Source of the DNA: Candidatus Latescibacterota bacterium
GTDB lineage: Bacteria > Latescibacterota > UBA2968 > GCA-2709665
NCBI GenBank assembly: GCA_965203805.1
Contig: OZ241917.1
Coordinates: 3,328,001 to 3,392,000, forward strand
Length of the DNA stretch: 64,000 bases
Direction: 5' to 3'
Translations under genes and position numbers: made by a program
The notes under the pieces: model-generated
Databases searched by the model: none
What the model was told of the DNA's origin: nothing
What the model saw: the letters and a program-made list of their open reading frames with translations, nothing else
Part shown: positions 10,011 to 19,068 of the stretch, one piece after another
Layout: the number at the start of each line of letters is the position of its first letter
How positions within the stretch are numbered: position 1 is the first letter of the stretch

Positions 10011-13000
10011 CTAGCCGCCGGGCGGCGGGAACGCCGTTAGGCCGAAGGAGGCGGCGAAGGTGAGATAATCGGCGAAGTCTACGGCGCCGTCGTCGTTGAC
10101 GTCGGCCTGGGGGTTGTAGGCCGGGTCGCCCTTTTGGGTCCCGAAGGCGGCGGCGAAGGCGATGAGGTCTTCCAGGTTGACCTGGAGATCGCCGCCCTGC
10201 GACGGGAGGACGATGAGGTAGACCGGATCGCCGGCGGCGTCCGCGAACGTCACGCGGACGGAGATGTTCTCAACCGCGAACGGGGCGCCCGGCGTCACGT
10301 TGTTGTCGTCAACCGCGTCGATCCGGTAGACCAGGGAGGCGACGGCGGCGGGCAGGGCGTCGTCAGCGAAACGGGTGGCGCCCGGAGGCAGCGCGGCGAT
10401 TTCCTCGAGGCGGTCGGCGGATGCGCCTCGCATCACCCGGTAGCCCGTCACGCCATAGATGGGCAGGTTATGGCCGCGGTACGGGATGAACCCCACCACG
10501 CCGTCATCCGCGGACGCCGTCCAACGCAGCGTCACGCCGCCCGCGCCGTCGCCGGACGCGCCGGTCACCGCGGCGGGCGGGATGTTGTCGACCGCGCCGG
10601 CCGGTCCGTCGGTTTCCGTGCGCGCGGACACCCGGAGTTCGCCCGCCGCGCGGTCGGTGCGGACGTTCGCGGGAACGGGCGCGGCGGCCATTGGCGCGCT
10701 CAAGCGCGGATCCGCGGGCGCGAAGACCAGGTCCCGCCGATCGCCGATGACGGACGCGGCGAAATCCCCAGGCGCGTTGAAGCGGTCCGCCGGCTCTCCT
10801 CCCGTCAGGACCGGCGCGGGAATGCCCGGCAGCGCGAGGGCCTGAGCCGCGCTCGCCTTGGTGAAAACCCGCTTCCCGGCGGGGGCCGAATCCGCGCCCG
10901 AGACGGACCTGACGCCCCACCGGGTGGCCGCGTTGTCCAGCGCGGGGACCACGGCGCGGACCAGACCGCCGTTTGCGCCGCCCGTCCCGACGCGGCCGCC
11001 CCCAACGCCGACGGTCGCCCAGTGCATCCACGCCTTCACGGGCGCTTCGCGGTGAATTTCCCGGCCGTGCTCGTCATACCCCGCCAGCGTCGTCTCGACT
11101 TCGCGCTCGATCCGGTAGTGGATCACGGCATCGCGCCGGGCGGCATGCGGGAACCCGATCAGCACCATGCCGCCCTGGTCGCCGGACCCGTCCGCGCCTT
11201 CGTAGTCCTCGACCGTGATGGAGGCGGGCGGGTCCGGGGCGCGGTTCCCAGGCGCGAAACGCACGGTCACGCTTCCCGTAAGCGCGCCGGTCGCGGCGCT
11301 GTCGCCCGACCCCGTGACAAGCCCCTCGTGAACCGTGCGCACGGTGATCACCGCGCTGCCCGCCATCTCCGCGGCCACGGCGCCGAAGCCGGCCCCGCCG
11401 GGCGGGACCGTCTGCACGCCCGCGGGTACCGTCACCGCGGCGTGGCTGCTACCGAAGGTGACGCCCACCGACGCGTAGGTCTCCGATCCCACGGCATTGT
11501 CGATTTTCATGCTCACGTTGCCGAATGCGTCGGCGGGAAGCACGCGGACCGTAAAGGCGCCGGACACGCCGCCGTCCGGATCCGCGGCGTCCCCCGCGGA
11601 CACCACGAATTGCGAGAACTCTGCGGCCTCAACGTTCACCGCCGCGTCCAGCCGGCCGCTGATGCGAATCGAAACCGTCCCGTCCACGGGGTCGGTCAGG
11701 CCCTCCGCGGCCATCACCACGGCGTCGACCAGCGGCCTGGCGGACCTGAAGCTGACGTCGCGCCGGCCCGCGCGCCACCCGTCGCCGTCCAGAACGGCGG
11801 CGCGGGCGACCATCCCGGCGGCGGCCATCTCCGCGGGCAGCGCGAAGGACGGCGCGGGCGTCACACCGATGCCGCCGAAGCTCACGCCTTCCAGCGCGCG
11901 GGCCTGGTCGCCGGAAACGATCACGGCCAGCGCCGCGGGCGTACGATAGGTCAACGCGAAGACGCCGGCGCCCTCGGCGCGTGAGAGCGTGGTGTCCAGG
12001 ACCGACAGGCGCAGGGTGAAATCCACGCCCGCAACCACGCTGCCGCCCTGGTCCGGCGCGTTGACGATGCGGAACGCGTCGGCCTTCGGATTCAGGAAAC
12101 CCCCGGCGAACGTGAGCGCCCCGCCGCCGGTCACGCTGGCGTTGCCGGCGAGATCCACCGCCAGAATCTGCAGATCGTACCGGCTTCCTTCGTAAAAACC
12201 CGCGCTTTCCACGGGCCAGATCATCGGTTTGCCGACGGTCTCCAGCCGGCGGTTGCCCCGTCGGAAACGCTGCACGACGGCCGGGCCGCCGACGGCGAGG
12301 TCGATATAGCGGACGGACAGCGAATCCAGCGCCTCGTCGATGGCGAAGACCGGGTCCTTGCCGGCCAGGTTGATGGTGGGCTCGTCGAAGTTGTCCGGAT
12401 CCCGGGGCGCGGTGGCCGCGGTGGGGAACAGATCGGAGATCACCGGCGCTTTTTCGTCGTACCAGATGCCGGCGAGGTCCATGGCGGCCCGGTTCCCCAC
12501 GCTGTCCCAGACCTCGATCGTCAGGTCTTTCCGCACGCCGCCCGCGCGATCGTATTTCCAGGGAAGCGCAAGCGCGGCCGTGGAATCGTCGCCCGTGGGC
12601 GGCAGACCTTCGTCGACGTCAACCGTGCCGGCGTCATCGACTGCGCCGCTGCCGACGCCGTGCGCGCTGTCGCCGTGGGTGATCCTGATCGAGTCCGGGA
12701 CTTCGCTGAGACTGAACGTGAGCGGGTTCAACCTGCGGTTGGCCTGAACGTCCTCCGCCTCTCCGGGCAGGGGTCGAACTCCCGACAGCGTCTGCGTGAC
12801 GGCCGCCGAGATCCGGTTTTCCATGCGGTCCGGTCGCGGGTACACGATCGTGATCCGGGGCGGTGTCGCGTCGGCGATCCATTCCACGCCGCCGGGATCG
12901 AATGCGTCCGGAAGGCCGTACCCGGCACTGACGGGCGACGGCGCGGGGGCGCCCATCGAGGCGCCGCCCAGGTTGCCGGCGGCATCCACGAGAAACGCTT

Positions 13001-13901
13001 CGACCCTGACCCGCCGGTTATCGCCGAAATCGCCCGCTTCGACCTTCGCCGACGCCCGCACGTTCGCGTTGTACAACCGCTCTCCGACAATCGCGAAGGT
13101 GACCGGCGCCGAGGAAAACGCCGAGTCCGCGTCCACGACCCCCGCCCGGATGCGGTCCGCCCCCGCACGCAGCACGCCGGCCGTGTTCAGACCGATCCGG
13201 ATGGTGATTCTGTCGCCGCGTTTGAACCTGACGCGCTCGATCGCCCCCGCCGGCGTGGCGTCGAATCCGAGGCCTTCCGTTTCAACGGCGAAGGATTCGA
13301 ACGCGTCGGCGTGCACGGGACGGTTGGCGTCGATGCCGAACCGCACCCCGTCGCCCACCCGGTTGGCGCCGAAGCCCGTGGACGCCGGGGTGATCTTCGT
13401 CTTCGTCATCAGGTTGTTCAGCTCGTTGCCGGCCACGTCCGCGTCGAGGTCCACCACCACTTTCACCGCGCGGCTGTCCGTCGACGCAAAGGGGTCGGCG
13501 CGCGGGGAGACGGTTATGGAGACCCGGAACGTGTCGACGCCCGATGCCTCGCCGTCGCCAAACGCGACACCGTCCGGTAGATGACCCGGACCGGGTACAT
13601 ATATATTGTAATAGACAAATCCACGCGTGGCGGCGGTCCCGCCGGCCGTAGCGCCCACGTCCCTGTCGCGCACGGTTGCATCGACGACCGACACGCGGAA
13701 CCCTCGATCCAGGAGGCCGCCGTACGTCAGGATGCGGATGTCGATCCCGCCGTCGATCTTCACCCAGGCATTGGCGGCCGGCCGGTCCACGCGAATCATG
13801 ATCCCCGGCGTCTCCGCGACGTCCTGCGCCCGCGACGCCCCCGCGACACCCGGAACCAGCAAGAACGCCAGAACCGGGACTGAAGATATCCGCAACCGCA
13901 T
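10011..13901 (-). CDS. Secreted paralog (1296 aa) of the 1662-aa surface protein, ending at the dockerin/EF-hand-like pair
   Basis: Collinear shared motifs (SGVDTF, LNNLM..KITPA..GFGA.RVGDGV.FG, ILAVDLAGNASVT, DYEGADGSGDQGG, YNPQADVNDDGAVDFADY); signal peptide; GGGAGG SD. Confidence 0.88.
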   Translation of the reverse strand: MRLRISSVPVLAFLLVPGVAGASRAQDVAETPGIMIRVDRPAANAWVKIDGGIDIRILTYGGLLDRGFRVSVVDATVRDRDVGATAGGTAATRGFVYYNIYVPGPGHLPDGVAFGDGEASGVDTFRVSITVSPRADPFASTDSRAVKVVVDLDADVAGNELNNLMTKTKITPASTGFGANRVGDGVRFGIDANRPVHADAFESFAVETEGLGFDATPAGAIERVRFKRGDRITIRIGLNTAGVLRAGADRIRAGVVDADSAFSSAPVTFAIVGERLYNANVRASAKVEAGDFGDNRRVRVEAFLVDAAGNLGGASMGAPAPSPVSAGYGLPDAFDPGGVEWIADATPPRITIVYPRPDRMENRISAAVTQTLSGVRPLPGEAEDVQANRRLNPLTFSLSEVPDSIRITHGDSAHGVGSGAVDDAGTVDVDEGLPPTGDDSTAALALPWKYDRAGGVRKDLTIEVWDSVGNRAAMDLAGIWYDEKAPVISDLFPTAATAPRDPDNFDEPTINLAGKDPVFAIDEALDSLSVRYIDLAVGGPAVVQRFRRGNRRLETVGKPMIWPVESAGFYEGSRYDLQILAVDLAGNASVTGGGALTFAGGFLNPKADAFRIVNAPDQGGSVVAGVDFTLRLSVLDTTLSRAEGAGVFALTYRTPAALAVIVSGDQARALEGVSFGGIGVTPAPSFALPAEMAAAGMVARAAVLDGDGWRAGRRDVSFRSARPLVDAVVMAAEGLTDPVDGTVSIRISGRLDAAVNVEAAEFSQFVVSAGDAADPDGGVSGAFTVRVLPADAFGNVSMKIDNAVGSETYASVGVTFGSSHAAVTVPAGVQTVPPGGAGFGAVAAEMAGSAVITVRTVHEGLVTGSGDSAATGALTGSVTVRFAPGNRAPDPPASITVEDYEGADGSGDQGGMVLIGFPHAARRDAVIHYRIEREVETTLAGYDEHGREIHREAPVKAWMHWATVGVGGGRVGTGGANGGLVRAVVPALDNAATRWGVRSVSGADSAPAGKRVFTKASAAQALALPGIPAPVLTGGEPADRFNAPGDFAASVIGDRRDLVFAPADPRLSAPMAAAPVPANVRTDRAAGELRVSARTETDGPAGAVDNIPPAAVTGASGDGAGGVTLRWTASADDGVVGFIPYRGHNLPIYGVTGYRVMRGASADRLEEIAALPPGATRFADDALPAAVASLVYRIDAVDDNNVTPGAPFAVENISVRVTFADAAGDPVYLIVLPSQGGDLQVNLEDLIAFAAAFGTQKGDPAYNPQADVNDDGAVDFADYLTFAASFGLTAFPPPGG

Positions 13902-14477
13902 AGCCGGCCTCCCTTTGGGTCACCACGCGCCGATTCATCCCGGCGGGCAGGGCGGCAAAATCCATGCCATCGGGAGGCCGAAGGCGTCACGCGGCATCGA
14001 CGGCGGGCTCGCCATTGCGAATTCGGAGGACCGGTCGACGGACCGGGTTGGCGCGAGGGATGCGGAAACGGTTGAAGAAACGGCGCGGGAAGGCGTTCAG
14101 GCGCGGATTACGGAAAGAAGCGCCGCGGGAGGCACGGACGGCGGTTCAGGCGATCGAGGGATCCGAGGCGAGAGGCGCCGGTCGGGGAACCGAGCGGAGG
14201 GATTGAAGATATCTTTCACGTGGGTGAAAGAAGCTTTCAGCGGTCAGAGAACAGCTTTCAGCGGTCAGCAGTCAGCAGTCAGCAGTCAGCAATCAGCAAT
14301 CAGCCTAAAGCAAGATCAAAAACAAGAATCAAAGTCAACTCACACAAAGACACGAAGGCACGAAGAAAACCAAACCAGCCAGGAACGAACCACCCCCAGC
14401 CCCGCAGACCTCTCCCCCCTGCCTGCCGAAAAACCACCGCCAGGCAGGGACCCTCTCCTGTGAGGAGAGGGGAGAAA

Positions 14478-15580
14478 AGACAGGCGTCGCGTGCCGGTCA
14501 TCTATAGATACTCTGATAGACAGGAATTCGCCAGCCGGCACGTTTGCATGCCCGGTCCATCGACCCATCGCCGTTCCCCCTTCCTCACAGGAAGGGGGGC
14601 CAGGGGGTAGGTCGGCGGGGAGGAGAGAGGGAGTAAAGACAGGCGTCGCGTGCCGGTCATCTATAGATACTCTGATAGACAGGAATTCGCCAGCCGGCAC
14701 ACTTGCATGCCCGGTCCATCGACCCATCGCCGTTCCCCCTTCCTCACAGGAAGGGGGCTAGGGGGTAGGTCGGCGGGGAGGAGAGGGGGAGAAAAGACAG
14801 GCGTCGCGTGCCGGTCATCTATAGATACTCTGATAGACAGGAATTCGCCAGCCGGCACACTTGCATGCCCGGTCCATCGACCCATCACCGTTCCCCCTTC
14901 CTCACAGGAAGGGGGATAGGGGGTAGGTCGGCGGAGGCGGTGAGGGGGAGTAAAGACAGGCGTCGCGGGCCGGTCATCTATAGATACTCTGATAGACAGG
15001 AATTCGCCACCCGGCACGTCTGCATGCCCAGGACATCGACCCATCGCCGTTCCCCCTTCCTCACAGGAAGGGGGATAGGGGGTAGGTCGGCGGAGGCGGT
15101 GAGGGGGAGTAAAGACAGGCTTCGCGGGCCGGTCATCTATAGATACTCTGATAGACAGGAATTCGCCACCCGGCACGTTTGCATGCCCGGTCCATCGACC
15201 CGTCACCGTTCCCCCTTCCTCGCAGGAAGGGGGCCAGGGGGTAGGTCGGCGGAGGCGGTGAGGGGGAGTAAAGACAGGCGTCGCGGGCCGGTCATCTATA
15301 GATACTCTGATAGACAGGAATTCGCCACCCGGCACGTCTGCATGCCCAGGACATCGACCCATCGCCGTTCCCCCTTCCTCACAGGAAGGGGGATAGGGGG
15401 TAGGTCGGCGGGGGGGAGAGGGGGAGTAAAGACAGGCTTCGCGGGCCGGTCATCTATAGATACTCTGATAGACAGGAATTCGCCACCCGGCACGTTTGCA
15501 TGCCCGGTCCATCGACCCGTCACCGTTCCCCCTTCCTCGCAGGAAGGGGGCCAGGGGGTAGGTCGGCGGGGAGGAGAGGG
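14478..15580 (+). repeat. Tandem array of 7 units of 158-159 bp
   Basis: Core starts at 14491, 14650, 14808, 14967, 15126, 15285, 15443; an eighth copy at 16091 lies beyond the DUF559 gene. Confidence 0.95.
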
Positions 15581-15587
15581 GAGAAAT

Positions 15588-15980
15588 CTATACGTTGCAT
15601 TGAAGCCATTCCATATAAGCTCTGATTGTTTCGAGTACGCCATCGAGATTCGTGCAGATCTCGGCATTTGAGATGCGTATGACCTGTAATCCACGCGCTT
15701 TGAGAATGGCATCCCGTTCTGCGTCATAAGCTACCTGATTCTGGTGAACTTCGCCATCGACTTCAATCACTAATCCGACCGAATGACAGTAGAAGTCCAC
15801 GATAAAGCCATCGATAATCTGTTGCCGTCTAAAGCGAAAGCCATCAAGCCGTTTCGCACGCAGGCGCTGCCAAAGCCGTTTTTCTTCGTCTGTCATCTGT
15901 GATCTCAATTTGCGCGCCAACTTCACTTTCTCGCGCGCGACAGGCTGACCGATCACAATTTTTCGCAAGGGCTTTTTCAT
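15588..15980 (-). CDS. DUF559 / Vsr-like endonuclease, copy 2 (130 aa)
   Basis: LARKLRSQMTDEEKRLWQRLR...FRRQQIIDGFIVDFYC...IEVDGEVH...YDAERDAIL. About 90/126 residues identical to copy 1 by hand alignment. Confidence 0.93.
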   Translation of the reverse strand: MKKPLRKIVIGQPVAREKVKLARKLRSQMTDEEKRLWQRLRAKRLDGFRFRRQQIIDGFIVDFYCHSVGLVIEVDGEVHQNQVAYDAERDAILKARGLQVIRISNAEICTNLDGVLETIRAYMEWLQCNV

Positions 15981-16308
15981 CAGAAACCTCTCCCTCCTGC
16001 CGCGCAGACCTCTCCCCCCGGCCTGCCGAAAAACCACCGCCAGGCAGGGACCCTCTCCTGTGAGGAGAGGGGAGAAAAGACTGGCGTCGCGTGCCGGTCA
16101 TCTATAGATACTCTGATAGACAGGAATTCGCCAGCCGGCACGTTTGCATGCCCAGGACATCGACCCATCGCCGTTCCCCCTTCCTCACAGGAAGGGGGCC
16201 AGGGGGTAGGTCGGCGGGGTGGTGTGGCGGTTTGGTCACTGCAAAAATCGCGCCGCTCACCAGCAGCGTCGGACGCAAGGACGATGCGTGGGGGCCTCTA
16301 CCCGCAAC

Positions 16309-16347
16309 AAAAAAACGATGGGCATGCCTGTGGCAAAACCCATCGTT
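16309..16347 (-). terminator. Intrinsic terminator after rplI
   Basis: AACGATGGG...CCCATCGTT stem followed by a T run on the minus strand. Confidence 0.6.
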
Positions 16348-16411
16348 CTCTCTTGCATGTTTTTCCCGTTCTTCCTTCTTCCTTCTTCCTTTTTCCTTGA
16401 CCGCTTCTTGT

Positions 16412-16855
16412 TTATTCCTTAACCACCCACACCTTGACGGTTGCGCGGACTTCGGCGTGGAGGCGGATGGTGACGTCGTAGACCCCGAGCGCGCGGATGG
16501 GTTCGTCGAGTTCGACCCAGCGGCGGTCGATTTCGAAACCCTGTTCGACGAGGTGTTCGGAAATGTGCTGCCCCGTGACGGAGCCGAAGATCTGGTCTTC
16601 CTTGCCCACGGCGACCGGAATCGTGCAGGATGCCTTCTCGACCTTTTTCGAGAGGGCCACGGCCTCGCGCTGGGCGCGGGTGTTCCGGGCTTCCTTCTGG
16701 CGCTTGAGTTCCTCGTAGACCCTCATGTTCCCCTTGCTGGCCACCAGGGCCAGATTCCGGGGGATGAGGTAATTCCTGGCGTACCCGTCCTTGACGTCAA
16801 CAACGGTTCCAGCCTGGCCCAGGTTGTCGAGACCTTCGGTTAGGATGACCTTCAT
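16412..16855 (-). CDS. rplI: 50S ribosomal protein L9
   Basis: MKVILTEGLDNLGQAGTVVDVKDGYARNYLIP...IFGSVT...PIRALGVYDVTIRLH. Confidence 0.97.
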   Translation of the reverse strand: MKVILTEGLDNLGQAGTVVDVKDGYARNYLIPRNLALVASKGNMRVYEELKRQKEARNTRAQREAVALSKKVEKASCTIPVAVGKEDQIFGSVTGQHISEHLVEQGFEIDRRWVELDEPIRALGVYDVTIRLHAEVRATVKVWVVKE

Positions 16856-16914
16856 GGGGTTCCCTTTCGTTGGGCGCGATGGCCAAATGGCGTTATACAT
16901 TAATATATAGAGAA

Positions 16915-17660
16915 CAGCTTTCAGCGGTCAGCTCTCAGCAGTCAGCTAAGATCAAAGACGAAAACCAGCTCACACAAAGACACGAAGACACAAAGAAAAG
17001 CAAACCAGCCAGGAACGAACCACCCCCAGCCCCGCAGACCTCTCCCCCCGGCCACCTCTCCTGTGAGGAGAGGGGGAGGAAAAGCAGGCATCGCGTGCCG
17101 GTCATCTATAGACATTCTGATAGACAGGAATTCGCCAGCCGGCACGTCTGCATGCCCGGTCCATCGACCCGTCACCGTTCCCCCTTCCTCACAGGAAGGG
17201 GGCTAGGGGGTAGGTCTGAAAAGCGGTGAGACGGGAGACGTGAGACGTGAGATGACAACCTGCGTCAACGGGACGACGATATGGCCGGGCGAGACCTCCT
17301 CCCTGATGCGCAGACCTCTCCCCCCTGCCTGCCGAAAAACCACCGCCAGGCAGGGACCCTCTCCTATAAGGAAAGGGTAACGAACGCCTCGCGATAGGAT
17401 CCCGCTATCCCCCTTCCTCACAGGAAGGGGGATAGGGGGTAGGTCTGAAAGGCGGGGAGACGGGAGACGTGAGATACCGTGAGTGCCCTACGGTTTTTCT
17501 TGTCGTTACCATATCGGTAAAGAAACAGGCACGGTTAGCGTGAAAACACTGTGGTAATGTCATCCTCTCCCGTCTACCCTCTACCCTCTACCGTCTCACC
17601 GCCTTCAGGTTTTCATTCTTAATTCTTCATTCTTAATTCTTAATTTTCCTTCTCCCGTCT
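16915..17660 (+). repeat. Modular REP-like cassette 3 between rpsR and rplI
   Basis: Heptamer and 9-mer modules, REP pair, core at 17095, TTCATTCTTAA tail. Confidence 0.92.
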
Positions 17661-17668
17661 CCCCGCTC

Positions 17669-17893
17669 TTACGACATACTATCTGTCGCAAAAGGCAACA
17701 GCGCGATCTGGCGGGCGCGCTTGAGGTGCCGGGTGACGTTGCGCTGGTGCCTGGCGCAGGTCCCGGAAACGCGCCGGGGGATGATCTTTCCCCGGTCCGT
17801 GACGAACCTCTGCATCAGCCGCACGTCCTTATAGTCGATGATCAACGCCTTGTCTTCGCAGAACCTGCATACCTTCACGCTGGACCGGTTCAT
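17669..17893 (-). CDS. rpsR: 30S ribosomal protein S18 (zinc-binding C+ type)
   Basis: CRFC...IDYKD...[18 protein letters not shown]...[11 protein letters not shown]; ATGA overlap with rpsF. Confidence 0.97.
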   Translation of the reverse strand: MNRSSVKVCRFCEDKALIIDYKDVRLMQRFVTDRGKIIPRRVSGTCARHQRNVTRHLKRARQIALLPFATDSMS

Positions 17894-18282
17894 TCACCCT
17901 CCTCGTTGTCGTCGCCTGCCTCGGCATTTTCCTGCGCGTCCTCTCCGCCCGCATTCGCTTCCGCCTCGTCCGCTTCCGGTTCTTCCTCCACCGGACTGTC
18001 ATCCACGACGACCATGTGCCGCAGCACGGATTCGTCCAGCTTGAACATCCGGTCCACTTCGGGCAGGACCTCCGTCGGCGCCTCGAAGCGGATGATCGTA
18101 TAGTCGCCGCGCTGCTGCCTGCCGATGTCGTAGGCCAGCTTGCGCGCGCCCCAGCGGTCGACCTCCACCGAGCGGCCGCCGCCTTCGGAAACGAGGCGAT
18201 CGAAACGCGCGACGATGTCGTCCACCGCGTTATCGGGCGCCTGCGTGTTGACGATGAGTGCGAGTTCGTAACGATTCGACAT
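17890..18282 (-). CDS. rpsF: 30S ribosomal protein S6
   Basis: RYELALIV...[12 protein letters not shown]...GDY...[10 protein letters not shown] plus acidic tail; GGAGG SD. Confidence 0.96.
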   Translation of the reverse strand: MSNRYELALIVNTQAPDNAVDDIVARFDRLVSEGGGRSVEVDRWGARKLAYDIGRQQRGDYTIIRFEAPTEVLPEVDRMFKLDESVLRHMVVVDDSPVEEEPEADEAEANAGGEDAQENAEAGDDNEEGE

Positions 18283-18347
18283 GGAACCTCCCCCTGGACT
18301 GGTGGCCCGCGAACCGCCCGACCGGGCGGTCACGAGCGGGAAAGAAA

Positions 18348-18970
18348 GACAGCAATCAGCTCTCAGCAATCAGCAGTCAGCTAAGATCAAAGACGAAAAC
18401 CAGCTCACACGAAGACACGAAGACACAAAGAAAAGCAAACCAGAAACCAGCAGTCAGCAAAGAGCGAACCACACCCAGCCCCGCAGACCTCTCCCCCCGG
18501 CTCCCTCTCCCGGGGGGAGAGGGGGAGGAAAGACAGGCATCGCGTGCCGGTCATCTATAGATACTCTGATTGACAGGAAATCGCCAGCCGGCACGGTTGT
18601 ATGCCCAGTACATGCTCCCATCGCCGTTCCCCCTTCCTCACAGGAAGGGGGGTTAGGGGGTAGGTCGGTAGGGGTATGGGGGTTCGCAAGCGCTTAGTCG
18701 TTATGACGGAAAATGCTTTGAATATCGTATAGTCCAGTCATGCGTACGGTTGTGGAGTGGGGGGTTTTTCCGTGCTACTCCGTCCAGCAACATCGCTTTG
18801 GATGTGCTGGCTCGGTGACAGGGCAACCAATTTCCATTTCCGCCACTGAGGTGGTTCACGGAAAAACCGGCCCCGCGCCGAGCGGCCTGCCTGCGCCGAA
18901 GCCTGCTCGGCAGGCAGGCGCCGTTCTTTTTGGCCCTTTTTCTTGGGCGTACAAGAAAAAGGGCGTAAAA
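18348..18970 (+). repeat. Modular REP-like cassette 4
   Basis: Core at 18544, TTTTTCCGTG...CACGGAAAAA module, CCTGCCTG hairpin. Confidence 0.9.
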
Positions 18971-19068
18971 ATATAAAAAATAATAATTTAAATTGAAATT
19001 ACGGGCAATTCAAAGGCGAAATCCATCATCCCCCTTGACCCATATGTCTTTCGTTTCCCCTGGCAATG

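Larger units (their letters stand above)
14235..16220 (+). repeat. Modular REP-like cassette 2 (contains the tandem array and DUF559 gene 2)
   Basis: Same modules and order as cassette 1. Confidence 0.93.

Noticed and set aside
14478-15580. CRISPR array
   Set aside because: Units are ~159 bp and near-identical throughout, with no unique spacers and no cas genes in the window.
14661-15671. Repeat-protein ORFs (233 and 287 aa) and similar short ORFs in all cassettes
   Set aside because: They occur on both strands, are broken by 158-bp units, and are translations of palindromic repeats.
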